This document shows, piece by piece, positions 27,979 through 44,595 of a stretch of 64,000 bases of DNA; position 1 is the first letter of the stretch, and every line of letters begins with the position of its first letter. Position numbers and translations under genes: made by a program. This DNA comes from Spirochaetia bacterium (GTDB taxonomy: Bacteria > Spirochaetota > Spirochaetia > SZUA-6 > Bin103). The notes below the pieces were generated by a model. That model saw only the letters and a list, made by a program, of their open reading frames with translations, searched no databases and was not told the origin of the DNA. The DNA lies in contig OZ241907.1 of NCBI GenBank assembly GCA_965203515.1, positions 608,001 to 672,000 on the forward strand, given 5' to 3'.

Positions 27979-29778
27979 ATGACTCTGTCGATTCGTACCC
28001 TTGCCTCCGTCATTCTCGTGGGGGCCTGCTTTACTGTCCCGGTCGCCGCGCAGCTGCAGGAGCTGCCGCCAAGCGCCGTCTACGGCGACTACGCGGTCGG
28101 CTCCGCGCTGGGATTCGCGGTCGACGACCAGCAACGCTTCGACCCGTGGACCGCCGCCTACGCCAGTCCCCGGTATCGCGAGCTGGTGCGCGCGATCGAA
28201 GCTACCGGACAGCGGCGCACCGTCGTGTTCCACCTGTGGTATCCGGCCGCGGCCGCCGCCTCGGCCGAACGCATCGCCGGGCCGCGCTCGCCGCTGCCGG
28301 CCGCCGGCGGCCGGCGCGCGACCTTTCTCGATTTCTACTTCGGCGACCAGGCGGTTGGCCAGGCGCTGAGCGCCGGCCTGCCGGTGGATCCGAACCTGCT
28401 GCACGTGCCGGGCGGCACCCTGGCCGACGCCGACGGCGCGACTCAGGAGCGGGTGTTCGCCGAGCTGGGCCGGCGCTTCGTCACCGCGCCGCGCGGCGCC
28501 TGGCTCGACGCCGCGCCGGCCGAGGGCCGGTTTCCGCTGATCGTGCTGGCCCACGGCCTCGCCGGCTCCCACTCCATGTGGAGCACCCTGGGCGAGTTCC
28601 TCGCCTCCCACGGCTACGTGGTGGCGGCGCCGACCTTCATCTCCGATGGCGGTCTGCCGCTGGTGTTCCACGACCCCGATTCGCCGTTCGCCGCGGCCAG
28701 GTCGCCGGCGGAGGTGCAGCGCGCCTATCAGACGATCTTCGGCGAGTTCAAGGTCGTGCCCTACTTCTATCGGCTCCTGTTCGGCATGGAAGAAGACCCG
28801 GGCTTCGGCCCGCCGGAGGACTTCGACCCGGCCGCCGCCGGACTGGTGCCGGGCGGGGTGGAACGCGCGACCACCATGATGCAGAACCTGTTCCGCCAGC
28901 GCGTCGCGGACGTGGCGCTGCTGATCCGCACGCTGCGCCTGCTGGGGGCGGAAACCGCGACCTGCCGGACCTCCCTCGCGTCGCTCGGAGCGACGGCCGC
29001 GGCGCGCGAGCTGTGCGGCCTGCTGGCGGGGCGGATCGACGGCGGCAAGGTGGGCGTCGCCGGCCATTCCCTCGGTTCCATGACCGCGCAACTGGCGGCC
29101 AACCACGTGCCCGGCGTCAGCGCCGCGTTCGGGCTCAACAATGCGCCGCCGTTCACCTGGACGCCGGAAGAGATGTTCGGCGCCGGCGAGCGGGACGGTC
29201 TGCCGGTGGGCAGCCGCCAGCCGGTGCTGCAGCTGATCGGCGACGAGGACGCGTTCGTGCAGGGCGTGTTCATCGGCCTGTTTCAGTCCACGGTAGCCGC
29301 CGCCGGCGGCGACCCGGCCGCCGCCTTTCCGCTGGCCGCGGAGCGCGCCGCGCCGGAGCGGATCGACAATCCGCAGCCGGTGGCGCTGAGCGGCTGGCTG
29401 CGCGCCGCCGGCGACCGCGGCCTGGTGATCGTGCGCGACACCAACCACGTCACCCTGGCCGAGGAGTTCGCGCGGCAGTTCCCCTGGCCGGAGTTCCGGC
29501 GCGGCAACCTGCCGTTCGCGATGTCGCCCGAGCGCTCGCGCAAGCCGACCGGCGCCGCCGCGTTCGGACCGCCCGGGGCGCCCGGCGAGAGCTACGCCGA
29601 GCTCGGCTGGGCCGCCGTCGCGACGGGCGAGGAGGTGTACCTGCCGCACGTGATCCGCGACTGGTACGCGCGGGCGTGGTTCGACTGGTACCTCAAGGGC
29701 GACCCGGACGCCCGCCGCCGGCTGCTGGCCGGCGACCCGTTCGGCGCCCTGACCTCGGTGCGCATGGACCTGCGGTAA
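27979..29778 (+). CDS. Secreted alpha/beta hydrolase (PAF-acetylhydrolase / chlorophyllase-like)
   Basis: Signal peptide; FHLWYPA, FPLIVLAHGLAG, LASHGYVVAA and GHSLG nucleophile elbow. Confidence 0.82.
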   Translation: MTLSIRTLASVILVGACFTVPVAAQLQELPPSAVYGDYAVGSALGFAVDDQQRFDPWTAAYASPRYRELVRAIEATGQRRTVVFHLWYPAAAAASAERIAGPRSPLPAAGGRRATFLDFYFGDQAVGQALSAGLPVDPNLLHVPGGTLADADGATQERVFAELGRRFVTAPRGAWLDAAPAEGRFPLIVLAHGLAGSHSMWSTLGEFLASHGYVVAAPTFISDGGLPLVFHDPDSPFAAARSPAEVQRAYQTIFGEFKVVPYFYRLLFGMEEDPGFGPPEDFDPAAAGLVPGGVERATTMMQNLFRQRVADVALLIRTLRLLGAETATCRTSLASLGATAAARELCGLLAGRIDGGKVGVAGHSLGSMTAQLAANHVPGVSAAFGLNNAPPFTWTPEEMFGAGERDGLPVGSRQPVLQLIGDEDAFVQGVFIGLFQSTVAAAGGDPAAAFPLAAERAAPERIDNPQPVALSGWLRAAGDRGLVIVRDTNHVTLAEEFARQFPWPEFRRGNLPFAMSPERSRKPTGAAAFGPPGAPGESYAELGWAAVATGEEVYLPHVIRDWYARAWFDWYLKGDPDARRRLLAGDPFGALTSVRMDLR

Positions 29779-29799
29779 ACCCGCGCCCCGATCCGGCAG

Positions 29800-31074
29800 A
29801 TGAGCGCCCCCTACTCCGACCGCGAGTTGGAAGCGATGCTGAGCGACCCGGAGTCGGATCTGGTGGAGCGCAAGGAGTCTCTGCGCGGAGACGGCCCGAC
29901 GCGAGTCCGGGAAGCGGTCTGCGCGTTCGCCAATGACCTCCCGGACCACGGCCGGCCGGGCGTGGTCTTCGTGGGCGCGGACGATGCCGGCAATCCCGTG
30001 GGATTGGAGATTTCCGACCGCCTCCTGCTGCGCCTTGCCGACATCAAGACCGACGGCAACATCGTGCCGCCGCCGTCGCTCACGGTCGCCAAGCGGGTGC
30101 TGGGCGGGAGTGCGGTCGCGGTGGTCACGGTCCTGCCCGCGCACTCCCCTCCGGTGCGCTTTCGCGGGCGCACCTGGATTCGCGTGGGACCGCGGCGCGC
30201 GGTGGCGAGTGCGCAGGACGAACGGATCCTGAACGAGAAGCGCCGGCACCGCGATCCGCACTACGACGTGTCTCCGGTGCGGACGGCGGGGCTTGGCGAG
30301 CTGCGGGTGGGGCGCTTCATGGACGAGTACCTGCCGGCGGCGGTGGATCCCGAGACGCTGGCGGCGAACGACCGCACCGCCGAGGAGCGCCTCGCCGCGG
30401 CCAAGATGATCGCTGCGGTCGATGACCCGGTGCCGACCGTGGCCGGGCTCCTCGTGCTGGGCCGGCGGCCACAGCACTTCCTGCCGGGCGCGTACGTGCA
30501 GTTTCTGCGCGTCGCCGGGCGCGAATGGGGCGACGAGGTGGTGGACGAGGCGCGCTGCGAGGGGTCGGTAGCGGATCTGATGCGGCGGGTGGACGACAAG
30601 CTGATCGCTCACAACCGCACCGCGGTGGATTTCATCTCGGCGCCGACCGAGGTCCGCCGCTCGACCTATCCGCTCGGCGCGCTGCAGCAGCTCGTGCGCA
30701 ACGCCGTGATGCACCGCGCCTACGACGGCACCAACGCGCCGGTGCACGTCTACTGGTTCGACGACCGGATCGAGATCAACAGCCCCGGCGGGCCGTACGG
30801 CGCCCTGACCCCGGAGAACTTCGGCCATCCGGGCGTGATCGACTACCGCAATCCGGCGCTGGCGGAGGCAATGCGAGTGCTCGGCCTGGTGCAGCGCTAC
30901 GGGTTCGGGATTCCGGCGGCGCGCCGCGAGTTGCGCGCCGCCGGCCAGCCCGATCCCGAGTTCCGCGTCGACCCGCACTGGGTCCACTGCACGGTGCGGG
31001 CGCGCGCAAACCCAATAAAAACCCCGGCAGGCGCAACCCCGCAGGAGTCGACCGGCTCGGTCGAGGCTACGTGA
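29800..31074 (+). CDS. Schlafen/AlbA_2 + HATPase_c_4 protein
   Basis: ESDLVERKES, VCAFAND..GVVFVGADD (AlbA_2); NAVMHRAY, DDRIEINSPGG, YRNP.LA and QRYGFGI. Confidence 0.88.
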   Translation: MSAPYSDRELEAMLSDPESDLVERKESLRGDGPTRVREAVCAFANDLPDHGRPGVVFVGADDAGNPVGLEISDRLLLRLADIKTDGNIVPPPSLTVAKRVLGGSAVAVVTVLPAHSPPVRFRGRTWIRVGPRRAVASAQDERILNEKRRHRDPHYDVSPVRTAGLGELRVGRFMDEYLPAAVDPETLAANDRTAEERLAAAKMIAAVDDPVPTVAGLLVLGRRPQHFLPGAYVQFLRVAGREWGDEVVDEARCEGSVADLMRRVDDKLIAHNRTAVDFISAPTEVRRSTYPLGALQQLVRNAVMHRAYDGTNAPVHVYWFDDRIEINSPGGPYGALTPENFGHPGVIDYRNPALAEAMRVLGLVQRYGFGIPAARRELRAAGQPDPEFRVDPHWVHCTVRARANPIKTPAGATPQESTGSVEAT

Positions 31075-32110
31075 CGGTCGGCGCCTCGGCGAGCACGCGC
31101 GCGGCTTCCTGCGCCTGCTCCGATTCGGGGTGCAGGTCGGCGATGCGCTGCAGGTGCAGACGTGCCAGGGAGTCGCCGCCCTGCGCCCGTTCGACCGCCT
31201 CGGCGAAGCCGCGCTCCTGAAAGCTGGTGTCCCGTGCGATCACCTCGAAGTCGTGCTCGCGCCAGTAGTAGCGCAGGTCTTCCGAACCGCTCCAGCCGGC
31301 GTAGACCTGATCCCACGACAGCGGCCGGTGGCTCGTCAGGTGGGGCTGGAGCATGTGCTCGGTCACCGGAGCGCCGAGCCGCTGGTAGCGGTTGTCGAGC
31401 GACACGCGCAGCCGGTCCCGGGTCACGTTCGGCAGCGCGCCGTGCATCGTCAGGCAGTGGAAGAAGAGCACGTCGCCGATCTCGTAGTCGGTGGAGACCC
31501 AGTCGTCCGCGTAATCGGCGGGGTCGACGGTAAGGCTGCCGGCGCCGAGGGAGAAGTGGTGATCGACCACCCGGCCGACGCGGTGCGAGCCCGGCAGGAC
31601 CGCCAGGCCGCCCAGGTCGCGCGGGCAGTCGCCAACCGGGTGCCAGCAGGAATAGACGTCCAGGCTGCTCTGGAAGTGGACGAAGTCCTGATGGATCGGC
31701 GTCGTGTGCTCGGTGAACTGCGGGAACCAGAGCCGCGCGATCTTCTGCGGGAACGCGAACACCGGTCCTCCGATGATCCCGGCCAGCACGTCCAGGTTCT
31801 CCGGCCAGTGCGCGGCGCGGTGGAAGCTCTCCAACCGGTAGACCTGGTGGTAGACCTCGACGTAGGCGGCGTCGCCTTCCGTGCAGCGCGCGCCGGGGAC
31901 GACGATGCCGTCGATCGGGTCGGTGCCGGGCGCCAGCCAGCCGCCGGCAGCGATGACCTGAAGCATCTCGCGGCGCAGCGCCCGCAGCCGGTCCGGGTCG
32001 AGCAGGCCGCGGAAGAACAGGTAGCCCTCGTCGGCCATGCGCCGCCGCAACTCGCCGGCGTCGGCCAATGCGTCGTTGGAGACGCGAAACTCGCCAAAGT
32101 TCTCGATCAT
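31067..32110 (-). CDS. Phytanoyl-CoA dioxygenase (PhyH) family Fe/2OG oxygenase
   Basis: EGYLFFRG, HQD, GGLAVLPGSH, GDVLFFHCLTMH and RVSLDNRY. Confidence 0.9.
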   Translation of the reverse strand: MIENFGEFRVSNDALADAGELRRRMADEGYLFFRGLLDPDRLRALRREMLQVIAAGGWLAPGTDPIDGIVVPGARCTEGDAAYVEVYHQVYRLESFHRAAHWPENLDVLAGIIGGPVFAFPQKIARLWFPQFTEHTTPIHQDFVHFQSSLDVYSCWHPVGDCPRDLGGLAVLPGSHRVGRVVDHHFSLGAGSLTVDPADYADDWVSTDYEIGDVLFFHCLTMHGALPNVTRDRLRVSLDNRYQRLGAPVTEHMLQPHLTSHRPLSWDQVYAGWSGSEDLRYYWREHDFEVIARDTSFQERGFAEAVERAQGGDSLARLHLQRIADLHPESEQAQEAARVLAEAPTVT

Positions 32111-32148
32111 GGTCCGATTATGCCACGAAACGCGCGCCGCCGCGCCGG

Positions 32149-32733
32149 TCAGCCGCCGCCGAGGTACTCCACCCGCACCTCCTCGAGCAGGATCCCCCAC
32201 GTCTTGCCCGGATGATCGCGCAGGTCGTGCACCACCAGGTCGAAGGTCACCTGCGCGATCCGACCGGCGCGCACCTCGACTGCGGTCCGAGCCGGCGTCA
32301 GCTCAAGCGGCACCTCCACTCGGTGGCCGCCGCGCACCACGCCGCGGGCGCCCGAGGCCAGCACCTCCGCCGCGTCGTACCGGCCGGCGGGCGCGTGCTC
32401 CCGGACCAACTCGACGGTCGCGCCGTCCTGGTAGCGCGTCAGGTCGATCTCCTGCGGAGCGGCTGCGATCGACAGCCAACCTTCATCCGTACGGGCGCCG
32501 CGGCGGTGCAGGCGCACGCCCTCCACCGTGACCACCAGCGCCGTGAAGTCGTCGATCGCTTCGCGATGGTCGGTGATCAGCACGACCACCTCGCCGGTAT
32601 CCGCCTCGCCGGAGGCGGACGCCGCAGCCGGGGACGCGCTCAGGAGACTCAGGAGCACGGCGCCGATCGTCGGGGCGTGCCGGCGCCAGAGCCGTGCGCC
32701 GCACCGGCGCCGTGTAGGGAAGTGCCGTATCAT
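32149..32733 (-). CDS. DUF4382-like exported protein
   Basis: Hydrophobic signal; VLITDH..FTALVVTVEGVRLH..IDLT..PAGRY. Start uncertain. Confidence 0.6.
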   Translation of the reverse strand: MIRHFPTRRRCGARLWRRHAPTIGAVLLSLLSASPAAASASGEADTGEVVVLITDHREAIDDFTALVVTVEGVRLHRRGARTDEGWLSIAAAPQEIDLTRYQDGATVELVREHAPAGRYDAAEVLASGARGVVRGGHRVEVPLELTPARTAVEVRAGRIAQVTFDLVVHDLRDHPGKTWGILLEEVRVEYLGGG

Positions 32734-32894
32734 CGGTGGGTCGTCTGCCGGGAACGCGGGGGCGCCGACGGTGCGGCTCCGCGCGGCCGAAAGTATAGAC
32801 TGCCGGCATGGCAGGCACGAAACGGCGCGTCGGCCGGACCGACTCTCAGCGGCGGCGAGCGGCGGCGCTCCCTGACGCGCCCATGAGCTAGCGC

Positions 32895-33842
32895 TTGCCT
32901 CCGTTCGCCGTCGGCGTCGTCCTGTTCTCGACGATCCTGCACGCCGGCTGGAACCTGATCGCCAAGCAGCGCAGCGACTCGTGGACGACGATCCTGCAGA
33001 TACTGGCGGCGATCAGCGTGCCCGGTCTCCTGATCGCGGTGTCGACCGAGCTGCTCACCACCGGCCTCCTGCGCCACGTCTGGCCGTTCCTGCTGGGCGC
33101 CGGTTGCGCGCAGGCGGTCTACTTCCTGGGGCTCACCCTGGGGTACCGCGCCGGCGACCTGGGTACCGTCTATCCGGTGACGAGGGCGTTGCCGGTCCTG
33201 GTTCTGGGAGGCTTCGATCTGGCGCGGAGCCTGTCGCCCAGCCCGACCGGGTGGCTGGGACTCGCCCTGGTGGCGGCCGGCTGCATCGTCATCTCCGGGG
33301 CCGCCGGTGCGGACCGGGGCGTGGCGGTTCGCGGCCGGCTCGCGCGTCGGCTGCATCCGACGATCGGGTGGGCGGCGGTCGCCGCCGCCGGCACCGTGGG
33401 CTATACCGCGTTCGACAAGCTGGCGGCGGAGGTCCTGAGCCGCCAGTCGGGGGGCGGGCTGCTGGACGCGTTCCGGTACGGACTCTGGGAGTTCGTCATC
33501 TCGACCGTCCTGTACGCGGCGCTGCTTGCGGCGGCCATGCGGGTCAGCGCCCGCCGGCAGGCGGTGGCGCCGGCCGCGGCGCGGCGGCTTTCGTGGCGGA
33601 CGCTGGCCGGCGATTGGCGTACGGCGGCGGGCGGCTTTGGCATGTGCGGCGCCTATACGCTGGTGCTGTGGGCGTATCAGCTTTCCGAGCGCGCCAGTTA
33701 CGTGGCGGCCCTGCGGCAGTTCAGCATCGTCCTGGGCGTGGTCGCCGGCGCCGTGCTGATGGGGGAGCGGGCGCCGGTCGTGCGCATCGGCGCGGCGGTC
33801 GTGATCTCGGCCGGCATCGCCCTGGTCTCCGTGGCGCCGTAG
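32895..33842 (+). CDS. EamA/DMT family membrane protein
   Basis: LHAGWNLIAK, GYRAGDLGTVYPVTR, SYVAALRQFSIV..LMGE; about 10 TM segments. Confidence 0.85.
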   Translation: MPPFAVGVVLFSTILHAGWNLIAKQRSDSWTTILQILAAISVPGLLIAVSTELLTTGLLRHVWPFLLGAGCAQAVYFLGLTLGYRAGDLGTVYPVTRALPVLVLGGFDLARSLSPSPTGWLGLALVAAGCIVISGAAGADRGVAVRGRLARRLHPTIGWAAVAAAGTVGYTAFDKLAAEVLSRQSGGGLLDAFRYGLWEFVISTVLYAALLAAAMRVSARRQAVAPAAARRLSWRTLAGDWRTAAGGFGMCGAYTLVLWAYQLSERASYVAALRQFSIVLGVVAGAVLMGERAPVVRIGAAVVISAGIALVSVAP

Positions 33843-33909
33843 CGCGGCGGCCGTGCAGGTCAGCGCCCGCCGGTCGTCCCATGCAGTCGTCCGTCGCTGC
33901 GCGCGCCGG

Positions 33910-35361
33910 TCAGTCCGGGAGCGCCGGACGCGCGGCCGACCAGGGCCGGGCGGACTCGAATGCGGCGGAGGCGGCCAGTACGGTCATCTCGTCCTCCATG
34001 CCGCCGGCGATCTGCAGGCCGATCGGCAGGCCGGCCGAGTCGAAGCCGCATGGCACGGTGGCCGCCGGGTTGCCGGACAGGTTGAACAGGTAGGTGAACG
34101 GGGTGAAGCCGAAGCGCCGGTGGGCGACCGGCGCGCCGCCCACGGTCTGCGGGTACTCGCCGATCGCGAACGCCGTCGTGGCGGTGGCCGGCGTCAACAG
34201 CAGGTCATAGTCGGCGAAGAAGCGCGCCGCGTGCGCACGGTACCGGCCGACCTTGTTCATGCAGGCCAGATAGTCGGTCCCTTGCGAACGCCTGCCCCGT
34301 TCCAGGTCCTCGGTGAAGTAGTCGGTGAGGCGCGCGGCCTTCTCCGGGTCGTGGAGCTGATCGCTCCATCGTCCGTACGCCCTGATGCAGAACAGATCGA
34401 GAAAGGTGCGGGCGATCGCCGGGTGCTCGTCCGGGGCGTACTCGACCTCCTCGACGCGCGCTCCGAGCCCTTCGAAGACCCGCGCGGCGGCCGCCACCGC
34501 CGCCGTCACCTCGGTATCGCAGCAGGCGCCGCCCATGCCGCTGGTGTCGAGCCCGATGCGCGTGCCGGAGACCCCGCGCGCCAGGGCCGCCGTGAAGTCG
34601 GGCGGCTCATCCGCAAGGGTGCCGTATTCGGCGTCCTCGGCCGGTCCGGCCAGCGCGTTGAGGAGTAGGGCCGCATCCCTGACGGACCAGGTCATCGGCC
34701 CGACGGAGGAGTTGTTGAAGATGCTGTGGGAGTGCTCGTCGACGTGCCGGCGCGGCACGCGGCCTTGCGTCGCCTTGATCCCGTAGATGCCGGAGAGCGA
34801 GCCGGGGATGCGGATCGAACCGCCGCCGTCCGAGCCCTGGGCGACCGCCGTGATGCCGGCGGCCACGGCGACCGCCGCCCCGCCGCTGGAGCCGCCGGGC
34901 GTGCGGGTCGGGTCCCAGGGGTTGCGCGCCGGCCCGAACACCCGGTTCTCCGTCGTGGCGTCGTGCCCGTGCTCCGGGGTGTTGGTCTTGCCGACGATGA
35001 TGCCGCCGGCGGCGCGCACGCGGTCGGTGCACATCGCGTTCGCCGGCGCGATTCCGTCGTCGACGAGCGACCCTTGCGAGAACCGGACGCCCTGCACGCC
35101 TTCCAGGTCCTTGATCGGGACCGGTATGCCGTGCAGCGGCCCGAGCTCGAGACCTCGCATGACCGCGTCCTCGGCGGCGCGGGCTTCGTCCATGGCATGG
35201 TCGGCCATGACCGTAACGAAGGCGCCGAGCGGCTCGTTGAGCCGTTCGATGCGGTCGAGCGTAAACTCCATCAGCTCGACCGGCGACAGCCGCCTGGCGG
35301 CGATCAGGCCGCGCAGCACGTGCGCGGGGGTGTAGGCGAGATCAGGGCTGGACGCCGGCAT
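33910..35361 (-). CDS. Amidase signature family enzyme
   Basis: [25 protein letters not shown] and [11 protein letters not shown]. Confidence 0.93.
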   Translation of the reverse strand: MPASSPDLAYTPAHVLRGLIAARRLSPVELMEFTLDRIERLNEPLGAFVTVMADHAMDEARAAEDAVMRGLELGPLHGIPVPIKDLEGVQGVRFSQGSLVDDGIAPANAMCTDRVRAAGGIIVGKTNTPEHGHDATTENRVFGPARNPWDPTRTPGGSSGGAAVAVAAGITAVAQGSDGGGSIRIPGSLSGIYGIKATQGRVPRRHVDEHSHSIFNNSSVGPMTWSVRDAALLLNALAGPAEDAEYGTLADEPPDFTAALARGVSGTRIGLDTSGMGGACCDTEVTAAVAAAARVFEGLGARVEEVEYAPDEHPAIARTFLDLFCIRAYGRWSDQLHDPEKAARLTDYFTEDLERGRRSQGTDYLACMNKVGRYRAHAARFFADYDLLLTPATATTAFAIGEYPQTVGGAPVAHRRFGFTPFTYLFNLSGNPAATVPCGFDSAGLPIGLQIAGGMEDEMTVLAASAAFESARPWSAARPALPD

Positions 35362-35531
35362 GGATCGACCTCCGCATCGCGGGTGGACTGGACGGCGCCG
35401 GTGACGGGGTTGCCCGGACGCCGCCGATATGCGCTATCATGCACCATGACAGGGCACACCCGCTGAGCGTCATCCTTCCTCCCAAAGACTGCTCCGCTCC
35501 CGCGGTAACGCCGCCTGTCGAAGTCGAGCCA

Positions 35532-40223
<4,692 letters not shown>

Positions 40224-40243
40224 CCTTGTCGGTTGTGACAAGG
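40224..40243 (+). terminator. Short hairpin immediately after gltB
   Basis: ccttgtc-ggttgt-gacaagg; no U-tract. Confidence 0.3.
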
Positions 40244-40273
40244 CAATCGGCTGCGTTTCGCTCAGGAGGAGTC

Positions 40274-40942
40274 GTGAAGAAAACCGGTACCCCGATCGTC
40301 GTTCTCCTTGTCGCGCTTGCCGTGATCGCCGGATGCAGGGTGGAGATGGAGGTTACCGTTACGCTGACCGATCTGCTAGAGGAGGCTGAATCGAAGTTCA
40401 TCATGGCCGATCTCTACGCCGAAGTCGCGGCATGCCGGGACTTCGAGGATTCGAGGAAGCTGTCGAGCTCGCTGCTCGAAGCTCGGGAAACGGTGCCTCG
40501 AGTGTTCGCGGACGCCGAGTTCGTGGATTGCTTCTCGGTGCAATTCGATTCGCTTGCGCGGTTTACCGTTCCGGTCATGCTCGACAAGGAAAATGACCAG
40601 CAGTGGGGTTCGGATGCGCATGTCAACATCCGTTCCTATAAGGAGACGTTGGAGATGTGGGTGGACGTTCCTCCGGCGATCAGAACTGCCCTGAAGGACG
40701 TGGAACGAGAGAGTCTCCAGTCCATTGACCTGGGCATCGAGATCACGGTAGTCAACGATTCAGGCGCGGACTATGAGCTTGCAGTCATAGCGGCTTATGT
40801 CGACGGTGAGGCATATACCATTCAACGGTTTACGTCCTTGAAGGGCCGTTCGTTCGAAGTCGTATTGTCGGACGTGTCGGTGAGCCGTGCGTTGGAGGTC
40901 GGCGGCGTGATGGTACTCTACGGCCGCCCGTCGACGTCATAA
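40274..40942 (+). CDS. Hypothetical lipoprotein between gltB and gltD
   Basis: AGGAGG RBS; MKK + hydrophobic stretch + lipobox IAGC; lower GC than the glt genes. Confidence 0.78.
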   Translation: MKKTGTPIVVLLVALAVIAGCRVEMEVTVTLTDLLEEAESKFIMADLYAEVAACRDFEDSRKLSSSLLEARETVPRVFADAEFVDCFSVQFDSLARFTVPVMLDKENDQQWGSDAHVNIRSYKETLEMWVDVPPAIRTALKDVERESLQSIDLGIEITVVNDSGADYELAVIAAYVDGEAYTIQRFTSLKGRSFEVVLSDVSVSRALEVGGVMVLYGRPSTS

Positions 40943-40972
40943 CAAAATTTGTCTTTCCTGCACGACTGATCG

Positions 40973-42433
<1,461 letters not shown>

Positions 42434-42463
42434 CCGGCTAGCGCCGGTCGCGCCGGCAGACGC

Positions 42464-43348
42464 TCAGTACGTCAGCAACAGGCGATCCGCCACGACCTCC
42501 GACTCCAGGGTCTGGCCATCCATCTGAAAGCGCCGCAGCATCGATCTACCGGTCTTGACCAGAATCTGCCGTTCGAATAGCCCTACCGGAATGGGAATAT
42601 GGCAGTTCTTCTTCCCGGACTTCTTGGTACCATCGATGCTCAGAGCGACGCGGACGCCTCGCTTCTTGCAGCGTTCGATCGACTCGAACAACTGAACGAT
42701 ACTGAAGTCCTGGGCGCCATACAGAATAGCTTGACTGTGGGTATACGGAGGATCGCAATAGACCATATCGCCGGCCACGCAGCGCTCCATTACGTCGGCA
42801 TAATCGGCGCGGATAAATTCGGTTCCCTGTACTCTCACGTGCCATTCATCCACCCTCTTGGCGAAATTACGAGGCTCGATGGGCCGATGAATGCCTACCG
42901 GCGTAGACATGTAACCGTCGTGCTTCCTGAACCTGATGACGCCGCCGTAGCAAGCGCGGGTGAGATACAGGAAGTCGGCTCCATTCGACCGGGCGTTGTA
43001 TGACGCCTTGATCTCTTCATACCGCTCCGTCTTGTCCCCTGACATGGCATACTGCCAGCGCTGCTCGTACCATCCTTTGACCACGGCGGGATCGGACTGA
43101 ATCATGCTCCAGATTTCGATCAAGGGCGCGAATGAGTCCGAGCCCACGCCGCGATCCGGCGCTACCGTGGCCAGGATTGAACCGCCACCGACAAACACAT
43201 CGTAAAAGGCTCGCATTTCGGCCGGGAAATAGGAGGTAATCTCCTCCGCGACATTGTACTTGTTGCCGATCCACTTGAGCAGCGACCCGTTCGGCCGGAC
43301 GTACGCCGGTCGCCCGAACAGGTCAATCGGTGTCTTCGGTGCGTCCAT
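42464..43348 (-). CDS. D12/Dam-class N6-adenine DNA methyltransferase
   Basis: LKWIGNK, DVFVGGGS (motif I), YCDPPY (motif IV). Confidence 0.93.
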   Translation of the reverse strand: MDAPKTPIDLFGRPAYVRPNGSLLKWIGNKYNVAEEITSYFPAEMRAFYDVFVGGGSILATVAPDRGVGSDSFAPLIEIWSMIQSDPAVVKGWYEQRWQYAMSGDKTERYEEIKASYNARSNGADFLYLTRACYGGVIRFRKHDGYMSTPVGIHRPIEPRNFAKRVDEWHVRVQGTEFIRADYADVMERCVAGDMVYCDPPYTHSQAILYGAQDFSIVQLFESIERCKKRGVRVALSIDGTKKSGKKNCHIPIPVGLFERQILVKTGRSMLRRFQMDGQTLESEVVADRLLLTY

Positions 43349-43358
43349 CGGCTCTCTT

Positions 43359-43377
43359 ATATCCCATAATGGGATAT
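43359..43377. promoter_or_regulatory. Palindromic operator (putative C-box) between the divergent M and C-R genes
   Basis: ATATCCCA-TAA-TGGGATAT, a perfect 8-bp inverted repeat. Confidence 0.7.
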
Positions 43378-43408
43378 TTTGCAACCAAGTGTATCTTCAT
43401 TCTAGATC

Positions 43409-43654
43409 GTGGACAAGTCAATCTACTCTCGTAGACAGGGCGCTTTACAACGGCTTCTGCGACAGGTTCGCACCGAAGCCGGCCTGCGTCAAGTAGACCT
43501 TGCCGCGAAGCTCGGGCAGCCTCAGTCCTTCGTAAGCAAGTGTGAAAGCGGCGAACGCCGCCTGGACCTGCTGGAACTCGAGCAGGTGTGCATCTGTTGC
43601 GGCATCACGCTTGTTGACTTCGTGATTCGTCTTGATGGCGCCGGCGAACGATGA
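43409..43654 (+). CDS. XRE/HTH_3 controller (C) protein
   Basis: RTEAGLRQVDLAAKLGQPQSFVSKCESGERRLD; overlaps the start of the next gene (ATGA). Confidence 0.88.
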   Translation: MDKSIYSRRQGALQRLLRQVRTEAGLRQVDLAAKLGQPQSFVSKCESGERRLDLLELEQVCICCGITLVDFVIRLDGAGER

Positions 43655-44511
43655 CCGCCGATATCAGATTCCGGAACATGCCCAAGTCTTTCTGGGCAGA
43701 TGTTCGTAGCATCAGCGAATCTGTCGGTTATACCGAGCGTCGCAAGAACTCCATCAGAGTCCCTACTGTCGGTGAAATAAAGCGATCTTACCACAACCTT
43801 GGCTTTGACTTCAGACATCTTTTCGGCAATGATGGGCCGACAGAAATCGGCTCCAGTATTCTCGCCTACTTCACCTATCGGGCGAAGCTCCTCCACGACC
43901 ACGTCGAGCCTCGGTTGATGGACGTCGAGCGTGCGAAATCGGTGTTCGATCGACATTGCATTGAGCTGCACCCAAAGTGCCCCATTCCCATGAACAAGCA
44001 GCGAGGGGAAAAGAAAGCACCTGCGTATTTTACCGGATTGGTAAACATGCTCATCGAATCGCATGCTCGCGGCAACCCTTGCGACTACGATCCGAGAAGA
44101 CTGACCACGGTAACGAAGGACAACGCTCCCTTGCGGACTTTCGCGCGTCGCGTGGATGGAGCTTTTCCATCCGTCGTCGATCCTATCGCCGTTTGGGAAA
44201 TAAAGGAATACTATTACACGACCACGTTCGGCAGTCGTGTCGCCGATGGTGTTTACGAGACGCTACTCGATGGAATGGAACTCGAAGAGTTGTCGAATAG
44301 CGAGGGTATCCGCGTCCGTCACTATTTGATGATCGACTCCCATTATACGTGGTGGATATGCGGACGTTCCTACCTGTGCCGCATGATCGACATGATCCAC
44401 ATGGGATACGTAGAAGAAATCCTGTTCGGGTATGAGGTCATCGAGCGTCTCCCACAATTGGTCGAGGAATGGGTGACCGATTTACAGGCTCGACATGGGC
44501 GATCTGAGTGA
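43651..44511 (+). CDS. Putative type II restriction endonuclease (PD-(D/E)XK)
   Basis: RVDGAFP...VWEIKEY catalytic-like motif; M<-/C-R-> layout; low GC. Confidence 0.78.
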   Translation: MTADIRFRNMPKSFWADVRSISESVGYTERRKNSIRVPTVGEIKRSYHNLGFDFRHLFGNDGPTEIGSSILAYFTYRAKLLHDHVEPRLMDVERAKSVFDRHCIELHPKCPIPMNKQRGEKKAPAYFTGLVNMLIESHARGNPCDYDPRRLTTVTKDNAPLRTFARRVDGAFPSVVDPIAVWEIKEYYYTTTFGSRVADGVYETLLDGMELEELSNSEGIRVRHYLMIDSHYTWWICGRSYLCRMIDMIHMGYVEEILFGYEVIERLPQLVEEWVTDLQARHGRSE

Positions 44512-44595
44512 TATTCAGTGCGGACCTTCGATTACCAGTTCCGGCAGCGCAGGGAGGTCACGGTATCGGGTCTCAAGGTCTCGACCTCGCGCGTT

